The translations under genes were made by a program, and so were the position numbers. This document shows positions 1 to 51,318 of a DNA stretch of 64,000 bases, piece by piece. The DNA is from Hormiphora californensis. Lineage: Eukaryota > Animalia > Ctenophora. A model generated the notes under the pieces. It did not search any database, was not told the DNA's origin, and saw only the letters and a list, made by a program, of their open reading frames with translations. Position 1 is the first letter of the stretch, and each line of letters starts with the position of its first letter. Location of the stretch: assembly GCA_020137815.1 (NCBI GenBank), contig CM035361.1, forward strand, positions 5,518,001 through 5,582,000. The letters are read 5' to 3'.

Positions 1-230
1 AAACACAAATAACACAACCAATTAATAAATTATAAATCTAGCACTACAAATTTAAAAGATAAAATTATTAACACACATATATAAATTATTACACTTAGAC
101 AAAATATGATATGATTTATACCCGATTTGTTCGGTAAAAATCATTCTAACCATTTTTTTAAATCTTTCATATCAGATTTGCGCTGCACTGTCTATATATG
201 AACTAATAAAAACACTCTATTCCCAATCAG

Positions 231-31800
<31,570 letters not shown>

Positions 31801-31941
31801 CAAGCTTCATCACCATGACCGGGACGACAGAACGGAGGCTTGGACTCCAGCAGGAGAGCAATGCTTAGAAAGAGTGTGTGTGTGTGTGAGAGAGAGAGGG
31901 TGAGTGAGAGAGAGAGAGAGAGAGAGTGTGTGTGTATATGT

Positions 31942-31978
<37 letters not shown>

Positions 31979-32184
31979 AGAGAGAGAGAGAGAGAGAAGA
32001 GAGGAGAGAGAGAGAGAGAGCGAGAGAGAAGAGAGATAGATAGATGAGAAAGAGAGAGAGCGAGCTCGTCTCGCGAGAGGGAGAGCGCGATAGCTCTTAT
32101 CGAGCATACGATATAGGAGAGAGACAGAGAGAGAGAGACAGAGACAGAGAGAGAGAGAAGAGAGAGAGACAGAGAGAGAGAGAC

Positions 32185-32222
<38 letters not shown>

Positions 32223-32331
32223 CATTGGTCAAGCACGAGATGAAGCACGAGGTCGAGCACGAGGTCGAGCACAAGGTCAGCACAAGGTCTGGACACGGTC
32301 GTGGAGAAGGTCTGCGATGAAATGAACAGAT

Positions 32332-32540
32332 TACGGTGGCAGATTCCGGCCAAGTGTTTTTTCAATCGAGTAAAATGTTTTTTTCCAAAGTTTTATAAAA
32401 AAATTATTTCAAAATAAAAATAAACGTGTCGTTAAAATTATTGGCCAGAATCTGCCATGCGCGTGGCAGTTCTCGGCCAAGATTCTAAAAAAACCTTGGC
32501 CACAATCTGCCATGCGCGTGGCAGATTCCGGCCAACTGTG
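32332..32540 (+). mobile_element. Putative terminus of an IS3EU-like DNA transposon
   Basis: Begins TACGG; five direct/inverted copies of tggcagattccggccaa as subterminal motifs; no matching opposite end seen in the window. Confidence 0.45.
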
Positions 32541-32970
32541 GCGCGCAGTATTCATGCTCACAATTGAAGCTTTCATCATATCTCAAGTCGCGCGCACACC
32601 TCTTCTACCGAGAATAAGGGCTCGAGGCACATGTCCGGGCACATGTCCAGGGCGGGGAAGCAGTACAAATATAAAACAAATAATTTACAATCTGGTGGTT
32701 AATTTTAATGCAATTTAAATGCAATGTCGCCTCAAAATAATTATTAATTGTAATAAGAATTGCGTTATGCACCCATATCGCTGGATTTGCACATAAAACA
32801 CAGATAAAAAACAATTTCCCCCATCTTCATCGTCCAATGTGCCTCATACTTCTCCACATCAAACACAGATAAAAAACAATTTCCCCCATCTTCATCGTCC
32901 AATGTGCCTCATACTTCTCCACATCAAACACAGATAAAAAACAATTTCCCCCTTCTTCATCGTCCAATCT

Positions 32971-39878
<6,908 letters not shown>

Positions 39879-39999
39879 TATAACCTATTTAGAATTTTGC
39901 GATTTGTTTAATTGAAGTTGTGTTGTCTCAAACAAAAAACACAGAGTGTGTATGTGACCTTGGCGGGGGACATAATGAACGTGGATCTTCCGATCTAGT

Positions 40000-40364
40000 G
40001 TGATACTAGGGGAGGAAGGGGCGCCGCCGTAAAGAAGGGTGTTGAACACGGGTAGAAAAAGTCGTCGTTTCTAGCTTTCGCCTTGCGGCTTCATTCAGGA
40101 ACTAAAATTGAAACGAAATGATTACAGACACTGGTATACAATATAATCATAAATCAAAGATAGAACAAGTTGACAGCGAACAACGGGTGGGGGACGGGGA
40201 CGGGGTTGGGGGGGGGGGGAACAACTAAGACAACGAGAAGACATGGAGCAAACAGAGAACTAAACAGAGGACTAGACAGAACCGGGGGGGGGGGGGGGGG
40301 GGGCACTGTTAATTACAGTGTTGAAACACGAGACGAGGGTAAAACAAGGTAAAACCAGGGACAT

Positions 40365-40460
<96 letters not shown>

Positions 40461-41075
40461 ACATACGCTCACATATACACACACTCACACTCACACACAC
40501 ACACAAAAAACACAATTAAAATTTTTCTCTAAAAAACGTAACCATTTCTATTTGTCCCATTGATTTCAGGTTTGAGTTCATTAATGTGATAGTCTTCTCT
40601 GATGTACCCCCCTAGGGTATCTCTCGCCTGGTCCAATATCTTGACTGTGTACACGTCCTCGAGGAACCGGGGCAGGTCTCGACTTCCACGTCCCCTTTCG
40701 TTTGAACCAGTGGTACCGTGAACTGTGCGGGCGTGGGTGCTTGTTCAGTCTAAAGCTGGCCTCATGCTCGATGATTCTGTCTAAGAGTCGCCGTCCAGTT
40801 GTGCCAATATAGGTTGCCTGGCACTGCTTGCATGTGGCGTGGTACACCACATGCGTCCTTTGACAGTCCACATCTTGTTCGTGGAGTGCACAGTATGGTG
40901 CCAGCTGGGTTGGGGGAGGACATCGTTCATTGGTGGTGGTGTGTTGACATTGCCTTCTCTTGATGAGATTGGCAATAGTAGTGCCTGACGTGGGGACGAG
41001 TCGAATGGGTAGTCCAGACTTGGAGATTGCCTCATCATGCGTAGAGTGCCCTCATTGATGTAGGGTACAACTCAT
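40000..41075 (-). mobile_element. 5'-truncated, degraded Penelope-like retroelement (GIY-YIG endonuclease end plus pseudo-LTR)
   Basis: CQRTHVVYHATCKQCQATYIGTTGRRLLDRIIEH (ORF 40581-40871); upstream VPYINEGT segment with frameshifts; hammerhead motif at 40067-40102. Confidence 0.8.
40067..40102 (-). ncRNA. Minimal hammerhead ribozyme motif (Penelope-type)
   Basis: Minus strand guuc-CUGAAUGA-a-gcc-gcaa-ggc-GAAA-gc-UA-gaaac: core boxes, stem II with GCAA loop, minimal palindromic stem III. Confidence 0.55.
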
Positions 41076-41084
41076 CCTCAACTT

Positions 41085-44000
41085 GTTGCTTGAGCAATTA
41101 TGATTCGTCTCATGGCCTTCCGGGCTTCAAAGTAGAAGCGTGTCGTGTCCTTTGGATGAACCTGGGATGAAACTGATATTATTTTGGGTGTTTCATTTGA
41201 TAGCTTGTTTATAGGAAGTTGAATCACGAACTTCATACCTCAAGGGGAATTCCGACGGATTGCAGAGCCTGGCTCACTTCTGTTAACACGACAAGGTCTG
41301 TTGAGGCGTTTACTACCTCTGGGCATCGCTGTTTAAGATAACCAATATCCTCATCGGTCAGACTGAATCCAAATCTCTGTATTCAAGATAGGAACGTGTT
41401 AAATCACTCATCACAAGTCAATTACTGTGTATGTACATTGAAATCACTATTTAGGTGCCGGAAAGTGACTTGGTGTTAAATTGCCAATCCTTCAGGATCG
41501 CACAGGGAACATAGTGTATTAAAAAGTAGACAAAAAAGGTGAATCTGAAAAGTGCCTTCAAAAAATTAAAATATTCTTACCTGATGAGTTGGGACATTCT
41601 CATAAAGCATCTCAACATTTCCATGGGGCAATTGTACATTCCTCTGCGCTCGTATCCTGCATTAACAATAGTTATTTTCCCAGCCCTGGCATTGCTATAC
41701 TAGTAAATAGTAATGCTATAAAAATGGATGGATAGTATTCTTGAATACCCATCACCCCACTTTGGCTAGTCAACTGTTACTTAGAAATAGTAGCAACTTA
41801 CTTGTGCATATTATGGACCTCAATAAAGGTCTCGAGCGCCCGTTGCACCACAGGGATAAAAATTGCAGATAACAAGTTGCGGTCATAGATATCTGTCGGC
41901 TGGTAATACCCTGATGTCTCGATATACCTTAATTGGTCCCTAAATCCATCTTCAACTTTCTCTCTCAGACCCCGCCAAAATGACTCAATCTTATTTTTGG
42001 TGCTGGGCCCAAAAATTACACATTCTGGGTTTTCCAGTTGGGGTTTTCCTTTGCGTTCCAGCAGACAGCACTGATAGGGGGTTCGAGGGTTAAATTTAAG
42101 TGCTACGCTAAGTTTACAAATTGTGTCGATTTTGCCAAAAAAAGGCCGAATTGCTATGGTTCTTTAGTCATATATAAACATGGGCTCTACCAGATACGAT
42201 ACATGGTCGATCTCAAAACCGAACCTGAACGCAGAACGGCTATGAATTATGATAGCCGCATCTTCCCAAAACGGCTATGCGTGTTATTAAATATCCAATT
42301 ATCTGATCGGCTTCCTAAAGTCATCAGTGATGAGACTTCATAGTTCATTTTGGTGTCAAACTGCACCCATAACTGCCAAATTTTCAAAACAAATGTAGAC
42401 ACACCCCAAATCTAGGTAAAAGTGGGCTAAAATAGCACCAAAGACATATTTTGTCCAAATGAGGTAATACATAGATCCAAATGAGACACTATGAGTGGCA
42501 TGCACAAAACAAATTCCACAAATTTGTAACGTCGGGGTCACTTACCTGCATCCCTGCCAGCTTTATCGTTTCAGTACCATGATCAAGCCGGATTCTCCTT
42601 GGCACTGTCCTTTTGTCCTCCAAAAATTCGAGGTACAATTTCCCAACAACCAACGGATTCTTATTACCCGGAAGTACCTTCATGAACATTATTTTCCGGC
42701 TGTAAACGTCTATCGCCCTGAATACAAATAAACGATAAACTGTAATATAGATAATAACTGGGTAGCTCAATAGGTAGAGCAATGGACGCGAAACCCAGAG
42801 GTTGTCGGTTCCTGAACAAGATCTCATCATTGATAATAACTCTCATTAGTCATTATATATCAGCCACACGCTCTTTCATTTCACTATAAGATTTAACGAG
42901 CTCTTGCTTAAAACCAGTAAAAATATAGTTCTAACTCCTAGTACCAACCCGTATATATGCAGGTCAAATGTAGAACCTGCATATCCCGCTAGTTTATCGT
43001 GGCCATCGGCCGAGTATAGGTAGTCCGGTCCAGGCACGCTCATTCCAGGACCTGAATGATTTAGTTAGCATTATTGTGCTGGTCAACAAGGGGTGAAGGT
43101 TGTGAGAGTAGTCAACAGGAGCGAGAGGATTCAATACGGGGGGGGGGGGGAGGAGTTTGATGAATTCATTAGAGGGTGAGAAGTGTCATTAGGGGGTGAG
43201 AGAATTCAATAATCCATATAGGGCTTTGCTTTTGCTAGGGGTTCAATGCAATTAGGGGGATTTTGAGGAGTCAATAGGGGACAGGGGTGAGAGGAGATTT
43301 TTGGTCTTTAGCCTGGGCAGTGGGCTCGATAGGGGGTGGGATAATTCAATTATGGAGGGTGAAGTGTGTCAATGGGCCGAGGGGGGGGGGGTTTGGAGGA
43401 GAGTCAGTAGGGGTGAGAGGAATCAAAAGGGCTAAGGGGATTCAATATGGATGAGGGGAGTCAACAAGAGGGATAGGGGAGTGGGGTGGGCAATTGTCTT
43501 GCAACCATCTCCAAATTATAATAGAGATTAAGGGAGTCAACAGGAGGGAGAGGATTCAATATGGGGTGGGAGGATTCAGTACGGGGGTGCGGCAAGTCAT
43601 TAGCTAGGTATGAGGGGTGTCATTAAGGGGTTGAAAGAGTCAATAATCCATATGGCTTTGCTTTTGCTAGGTGATCAATGGGATTGGGGGGGGGGGGGGG
43701 TAGATGAGTCAATAGGGGTGAGACGAAATATTTGGTATTTTGCCTGGGCTCTCTAGTTTTAATTATAAAGTAGAAATGCGTGATGGTGAGTATGATGGCA
43801 CGTGCAAATATAGGGGGTTGCCAAGGAGGTGCCTTGGAAGGGGTATAGGTGGTTGTGGGGGATACTGCACGTGCATGTTTTTGGATGTTTGTTGCGTGTT
43901 CCTGTGGTGTTTAGTAATTAGTGGTGTTTTGGGATCTACTGCTGGGGCCGACGTGATTGCCAAAGCCTTTCTACCTATGTACCCCGTTGATTCTCTACAC

Positions 44001-44531
44001 AGCTACAATTCTACGGATCTTTATCACCCGATTCTACATGTTATTTCCCTTGAGGTTTATCACCAGCGCTCTACCACTACCAACCTCCGTATTCTTTACC
44101 CCGACATGGAGAGACGAATAGTGAGAGGGGGAGAGAGGGGGAGAGATACATAGAGACGGGTGGGGGGGCTGTTGTAGGACTTAACAATGGTAGTACTTAT
44201 ATAGTAATTTGAAATTACCGTTATTCCGTCGTTCCATGAAGTTTTTTGGGTTTCGCCTCTCAACTGCTGTGGGCTCTTTTTCTTTCAAGTACTTGCGTAC
44301 ACTTTCAAGTGAAACTCTGATGTCCACTTCTTTCGTCCTAAATAATGGAGATTTACAACTCTAAAAAATCGAAAGGTTTCTATAAGTCTGATAAGGCTGA
44401 TGCTTGATTGAAAAGTAATATTAAAACCTCAGGTAACAGTTAACGTAGCGATAACCATTTTCCCCTGTCTTTCTTTCAAGAAGCCTGTCAATGGCAGGAG
44501 GCATCCGTTCCAGGTCCTCTTCACGTATCTG
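41085..44531 (-). pseudogene. Intron-containing DDE integrase-core transposase (IS3EU-like), frameshifted
   Basis: Exons ~44531-44410 (GYRYVNCYLR), ~44338-44219 (IRVSLESVRKYLKEKEP), 43051-42949 (VPGPDYLYSADGHDKL..HIYG), 42717-42546 (AIDVYSRKI..NKNP..PRRIRLDHGTE), ~42040-41802 (GPSTKNKIESFW..HNMHK), 41656-41581 (IRAQRN..LPHG); frameshifts in the N-terminal exons. Confidence 0.8.
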
Positions 44532-44548
44532 AGGATAAATGTATGTTA

Positions 44549-44819
44549 GGCCAGCGTTAAAATCTGGGTGTTTCGTGAGTGCTGACAAACGGTTTTTTAG
44601 GGTTAAGGCTAAAGTGGGTTAGGGTTAGGGCTGGGGTTTGCGCTGGGGTTTGGGTTTGGGTTAGGCCTTGATATTTCCTACCAGATAGACTCAATTAGCC
44701 AAAACGTTTGAGTGGTTTGGCGGTTAGAGCCATTTTAGTGAATCAACTTTTTTGGCAGCGCGCACCTATAAACAGGCCACCAAACAGGCCACCAAACACC
44801 CAGATCGTAACGGCGCCCT
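44549..44819. mobile_element. Small IR element with an internal gggtta-like tract
   Basis: gcgttaaaatctgggtgttt...aaacacccagatcgtaacgg. Confidence 0.55.
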
Positions 44820-46508
44820 GTCTGTTATAATATAAGAGAAAACAGTATTTAATAGCCGAAGTGATTGACAAATAGTGCAACCTTGCGGATGTAAATGGCT
44901 ATCATCTTGATACCCGCTGCAAGGTACATGTGGAGTGACCGTACTGCATTGGGGAGGAGAACGTCACACCCACATTACCGATCCAGCTGATGTACTTGTT
45001 GAACACCTTCACAGAGATCTTCTCACCACTGCTCAAAGTAGAGTCCGTCTTTATCTGGAGAGGTGTTCCCTCCAGGTCCCAGGGCATTTTCAAATCCCGC
45101 TCTGGAGCTGTCCAGTCTGAAAAGCAATTTGTAGTATATACATTAACCACTAAAAATACAAAATGCAAATATGTATATCTGGGTTAGCACACACCTACGC
45201 CAAAATCAAAATTAAAATTTTGATTTTGGAGCCAGACACACGTACCAGCGCTGATAAAAATTATCTCTTCCCCATTCTCAGAATAACAATCTCGCGTGCG
45301 ATTTTTACGGTCGCGTTGGATGACAAAATCATTTTGTCATCCAACGCGACCGTCAAAATGGCTCCAAAATCAAAGTCTTAATTTTGATTTTGGCGTAGAC
45401 ATGTGTGCTGACCCTTACACCAAAGAAGCAATCTGTGTAGTCATCAAGAGTTTTATTTTGTATTTTGTAGTCTTTACAATACTGAGAAAGCATTATTAAT
45501 GGCTATAGGTATTATAGTATTGAATAGTAGCATTGGGTAATATTGATTGACGTCCAATTGTTCACCCAATTACCTGCTCTGTAGAAATCAGATGCTGTGT
45601 CAGTACTACTGCTAAAGCTGATCTGCTCCACAACATCACCACTCCACTTTGGAACACAGTTGCTCTCTGAACTATCTGCGAACAGGTAGTTCAGCACCTC
45701 CACATTGTTACATGTGATAATCCAGGTGGTCTCTGTTTTGGTGATTGTCCAGATCTTATCCACCTCCACCGGGGGTTGCACTGGCAGCTTTGTCCAGCTG
45801 GTACAGGAGCTTATAAAATAACATTGAGGGGAGAAGTACTGACACCACACACCCCGATCCAGCTGATGTCCGTGTCCGTACATATACACACTGATCTGTT
45901 CTTTACTACCCAGTGTAGAGTCCGTCTTTATCTGGAGAGGTGTTGCCTCCAGGTCCCAGGGTATCTTCACAGTCACTTCCCGTCCTACAGCTGTCCAGTC
46001 TGAAATACAATAAATATAGTATCCACATAGCTACTACCTACTCTCTTTTTAAGAAACGGTTTTGGTAATACACTTTTCAATGTAAATTAGACACAATTCA
46101 GATCCAACCCCTTGGTACGAAATTACCCCTCTAACTATATAGGCATTGCGGTAGTAATGCAAGTTTAGCGTCCCCGCAAGGTCTAGGGGTATTGAGTTTA
46201 CCCATTGCCTTTGGACAGTGGTTCCTTTTATAGTAGGGACGATCTTAATTTTTTGATCACTATTGGTGGAAGGCAATTCCGGTTGTAACCCACCTATTTT
46301 GAACCCACTGAAACACATCCGTTCATGAAAGTAATGGGTCGCAAAGTGAAGAACATGCCCAATCGCCACGCCTTTTACCGCCTGTATTTTCAGGATCAGT
46401 AGCCCAACAACAAAATCCTCTTAGAATAGGAGTCGAGACAAATCTGAGGGCACTAAAGTGATCAGCGCCCTCGCATTAGTGGGAATAGGTGCCGGAATTA
46501 AGTCTCTA

Positions 46509-46932
46509 TCTGATCTGGTTAATTAGATAATTGGATAATTAGGTTTGCGCAAAACCGTTTTTTGGCTATATGACTATAGCCACTTAGGAATGGTTTAGAG
46601 ACTTTTCACTGGCGCCATTTTGTAGGCAATAGCCAAGTTATGGGGGGTCGACGTTGGACTTTTAAGCTCTATCTCCAACCGTTTAGCCGTTATTGGGCTT
46701 AATCGATGCTCAAAATGAGCGAAAAACGTTAAAAAGCCCGATTTTGACGGCTAAACGGTTGGAGATAGAGCTTAAAAGTCCGACGTCGACCCCCCATAAC
46801 TTTTTAGGCTATTGCCTACAAAATGGCGCCAGTGAAAAGTCTCTAAACCATTCCTAAGTGGCTATAGCCATATAGCCAAAAAACGGTTTTACGCAAACCT
46901 AATTATCCAATTATCTAATTAACCAGATCAGA
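46509..46932. mobile_element. TA-flanked near-perfect palindromic MITE
   Basis: tctgatctggttaattagataattgg...ccaattatctaattaaccagatcaga. Confidence 0.85.
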
Positions 46933-47080
46933 TATATACATATATATATATATATATATACATATTATGTTTCATAATGCTATGTTTCCCCGCCAACGTT
47001 TCATTTCTAACACAAAGAGGGTCAGACATTAATTTCGGATCATTTATACATCACGGAAACAGTATAGATTATTAAATCTC

Positions 47081-47111
<31 letters not shown>

Positions 47112-47125
47112 AATATATATATATA

Positions 47126-48499
47126 CAGTCGGACCCCGATTTAACGGCCCCCGATTTAGCGGCACCCCGATTTAACGGCAGGATAAATTTCCCCCAAAAT
47201 TTTTTGGAAATTTTTTGAAAATTTTTCAAAGGTGTATCAACCACGTCCGAATCGTGTTTCGAATCGGTGCATCTTATTTTGCCTTGTTCGACCCTCCCAA
47301 AAGGTTTGAACAAAACAAATCTTATTGCATGTCTTGCCGGTAACTAGACTGTTCGAAACGAACAGATATGTGATCCCTATGAGGCCCATCGAATCGCAAT
47401 TTTGACACTTGTTAAAGTGAGAGTGGACCGGATCAGAATTGGACAAGTTTGTTGTAGGTAGTAGAGTCTGAGCATTCTGCGTTTTTGCCGCTCAAAATCG
47501 ACCCACCCATCACTGAGATATTTTTGTTATGTTGGGAGAATTCCTGCTGGATCAATATTTATCAAACAGGATATAAACAATCCTTGTGTTTTACTAACAC
47601 ATTCTTTAAAATTTTAATATGCTGGCTTGCATTGCCCTGCTTCTGTGCATGGACATGTCAACCTCACTGATTATGTTCAGAATGTGTTAGTAAAACACCT
47701 CGATTGTTTCTATTCTGTTTTATACATACTGATTAAACATGAGTTCTCCCAACATAACAAAAATATCTCAGTGATGGGTGGGTCGATTTTGAGCGGCAAA
47801 AACGCAAAATGCCCAGAAAGCTAATCTCTACTATCTACAACAAACTTGTCCAATTCTGATTCGGTCCACTCTCACTTTAAACTGGCTCCATGGGGATCAC
47901 GTATCGGTTCGTTTCGAACCGTCTAATTAGCGACAGGACGTGCGAAAAGATGCACTGATTCGAAACACGATTCGGACGTGGTTGATATACCTTTGAAAAA
48001 TTTTAATAACTTTTTTTTACAAAATTTTACAGAATGATTGGCAATGCTTTGATCGGTGCTCCCCATGAATTTTCAGAGAAAAAGATATTTTGAAATTCAA
48101 ATTCTTCCCCACCCCGCTTAAAGTGCCCCGATTCGGCATAGTATCACGTATCGGTTCGTTTCGAACCGTCTAATTAGACAGGATATCCAGTAAGTTGCAC
48201 CGATTCGAAATACAAACAGGACGGGCTGGTATAACTTAGAAAATTTTCCACTTTTTGTTTGAAAAATAATTATTTTATATTTTTCTTTTTCTAATCAGAA
48301 ATGATCATGTCATCAATATATATATATATATATACATATGAATATTGCATATAACAGTTAGAGGTGTCTTTAGTCTTAATAATATAGCATTTTGGGCAAT
48401 AAAATAGGTTTTTTGGGTCAAATATGGATTTAGTGGACACCCCGATTTAGTGGACAAGACCCTTTCCCCCGAGGGTGTCCCTAAATCGGGGTCCGACTG
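47126..48499. mobile_element. cagtcggacccc long MITE with nested TTAA element
   Basis: TIRs plus TA TSD. Confidence 0.88.
47416..47876. mobile_element. Kolobok-like palindromic MITE
   Basis: TTAA TSD, termini AG..CT; the uninterrupted TTAA site is seen in the host MITE copy near 2822. Confidence 0.8.
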
Positions 48500-48501
48500 T
48501 A

Positions 48502-50001
48502 TATCACTGCGCTGGCAAGCGCAAAGGTTGCCATTCCCCCCCATCAAAAAGCGCCGCCAGAAACGCAGTTATACGTTTTATGGGTGTTTGGCTGAAAATC
48601 CAGATTTCAGAAGGCTATAGCGTGGCTCCCTTTCATCCGTTTGACTTGAAATTTGGAATGTATACCCGGCTTGGGGTCTTTGACTCAAGTTCAAAATTTC
48701 AAGTCTCTATCTCATCTGGAACCGAAGTTACAGACAGGTCCCATTTGCCCTAAATTCAGTGTAACAGGCATGCGCGCGCGCATAGGAGAGACGCTTTTTA
48801 TAAGTGAATGTGACGCCAAACGAAAAGAGATAGAGACTTCATCTTTTCACAGCTGGTAGATCTACTGGATGTGTGTGCATTAGTCGTAGTGGGATCCCTT
48901 TTCATCGCCAGGAACGTCCTACAGAACGTCTTAAAGTCGTCATTTTTCAGACTCTAACCAAAATTCTTTGAGCTCAGTTTACACCCTGAAGACGGATTCT
49001 AATCGAAAATCGAAGACTATATTATGGAAAGAGAATTATCTGAACTTTCAGAAACCATATTGTGAATTTTGAAAACCAGACGTATAAGGGTCTTAAAACG
49101 CGTCTAAAGTGTTATGACTGTTTAAAAACAGATATGACGTTATGGGTTTTTTCGCCATAGCGGAGTCAAATCTCATCCAATCGATCTCAAACTTGGTCAG
49201 TATCTTCATCTAGGTGGGCCCGATAATATAACGTCATCATTTTGACGTTACAACGTCGTTACGTCATTTTATGACGTCAAAATGACGTCAAAAATGAAAA
49301 TTTCTTAATTTCGCGACTCTAACCTCTCTGGGGAAGTAATTTTGATATCTCCTTCTGGTGATCAACACACACACACGCCCTCTGTACAACAGTTTAATGG
49401 GGAATCTCACACATACACGGGCAGAACTCGGTTAAGGAGAGATTAATTAGTATTCTGAATAATGAGTTCAGAGCAAGAATTAAATAGGGAAGAAAATCGA
49501 AAAATACTGGGATTGACCGGGAATTGAACCAGGGACCTCCAGAGAGACATGCTCGGAGCTATAAACCACTAAGGATTTGGTAGCTTAGCGCTTAGCGCTT
49601 AGCACTAAGGGTTTGGTAGCTTAGTGGTTTATAGCTCCGAGCATGTCTCTCTGGAGGTCCCAGGTTCAATTCCCGGTCAAACCCAGTATTTTTCGATTTT
49701 CTTCCCTATTTAATTCTTGCTCTGAACTCATTATTCAGAATTCTAACCTCTCTGTACCAATTCTACTAAATCTACATGGATAAAAAATCCCAAAAATGAT
49801 GCAAATTATACCAAAACTAATTGAAATTAGTAGGCCGGAAAGGTTGCCTTACGATTTGAGCTACCTTTGGCACTGGTACATTCCCTTTTGAAGATAACCG
49901 AAGCATCTGTAACCTGTCTATACCCCGTGAAAGTTACGGTGCCTAAGGTAGCTCAAATCGTAAGGCAACCTTTCCGGCCTACTAATTTCAATTAGTTTTG
50001 G

Positions 50002-50006
<5 letters not shown>
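48502..50006 (-). mobile_element. HINE/DINE-1-like element (family B)
   Basis: Stem-loop gcgctggcaagcgc plus aaaggttgcc; long IR 49805-49873/49939-50006; interior similar to 35002-36288. Confidence 0.7.
49609..49685 (+). other. tRNA-derived (SINE-head-like) sequence, one arm of an inverted pair
   Basis: Acceptor stem gggtttg/caaaccc-a, A box tggtagcttagtgg, B box ggttcaattcc; broken anticodon stem; inverted partner ~49453-49573. Confidence 0.7.
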
Positions 50007-50079
<73 letters not shown>

Positions 50080-50939
50080 CAGTCGGACCCCGATTTAGTG
50101 GCATCCTCGGGGGAAAGAAATCCTGCCACTAAATCGGGGTGCCACTAAATCGGGGTGAGCCATATTTGGCCCATAAAAACCTATTTTATGCCCAAAATGC
50201 TATACTAAGACTAAAGACACCTCTAATTGTTATATGCAATATTCATGTATTGATGACATGATCATTTCTGATTAGAAATAGAAAACTATAAAATAAATTT
50301 TTCAAAAAAAATTGTGAAAAAAATTCTAAGTTATACCCGCCCGTCCGATTTGTGTTTCGAATCGGTGCAGCTTACTGGATGTCCTGTCTAATTAGCGGGT
50401 TCGAAACGAACCGATACGTGATACTATGCCGAATCGGGGCACCCTAAGCGGATGAGGAAGTATCAAAATTTCAAAATAACTTTTTCAAAATTTATGGGGA
50501 GCACCGATCAAAGCATTGACAATCGTACTGTAAAATTTTGCAAAAAAAAGTTTTAAAATTTTTTTAAGGTATACCAGCCACGTCCGAATCGTGTTTCGAA
50601 TCGGTGCATCTTATCGCATGTCCTGCTGCTAATTAGACGATTCGAAACGAATCGAAACGTGATCCCATCGAATCGAAATTTTAACGCTTGGTGAACTTAT
50701 GATTCAATGCAAATGGCCCCATGGGGATCACGTATCGGTTCGTTCCGAACCGTCTAATTAGCAGCAGGACATGCGATAAGATTCACTGATTCGAAACACG
50801 ATTCGGACGTGGCTGGTATTCCTTTGAAAATTTTCAAAAAAATTTCACAAAAAAAAATTCAAAAAAATTTTTGGGGGAAAAAAATCCTGCCACTAAATCG
50901 GGGTGCCACTAAATCGGGGGCCACTAAATCGGGGTCCGA

Positions 50940-50942
<3 letters not shown>
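50080..50942. mobile_element. cagtcggacccc long MITE inserted in (TA)n
   Basis: TIRs; (TA)n on both sides. Confidence 0.9.
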
Positions 50943-50995
<53 letters not shown>

Positions 50996-51318
50996 GAGAT
51001 TTAATAAAATATATAATAGAGACTTAATTCCGGCACCTACCCCCGCTAATGCGAGGGCGCTAATCACCCCTCAGATTTGTCTCTACTCCTATTCTAAGAG
51101 GATTTATGTTTTTGGCTACATGCTGAAAATACAGGTAAAAGGGCGTGGCCGATTTGGGCATGTTCTTCACTTTTGCGACCTTACATATGAACGGGATCGT
51201 GTTCAGCGGGTCAAAATAGGTGGGTTACAACCGGAAATTGCTTTCCACCAAATAGTGAGTATGAACTAAGCAAAACTACACAAAAATACACTTCTACACC
51301 TATTACACACAAGGGAAC

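Noticed and set aside
31810-32325. ER/LS-repeat ORFs (also near 36051, 37837, 40309, 51808, 62746)
   Set aside because: (GA)n microsatellite translations
43740-44153. 137-aa + strand ORF
   Set aside because: Lies in a G-rich integrase intron; no recognisable motif or splice context
44600-44666. gggttagggttaggg as a telomere
   Set aside because: Only two perfect units, internal to a small IR element
48984-49015. CTGAAGA..GAAA hammerhead-like string
   Set aside because: No stem I pairing after the putative cleavage site; the similar string at ~25268-25300 has a mutated core
49609-49685. Functional tRNA gene
   Set aside because: Anticodon stem is disrupted and the sequence is embedded in a palindromic insertion
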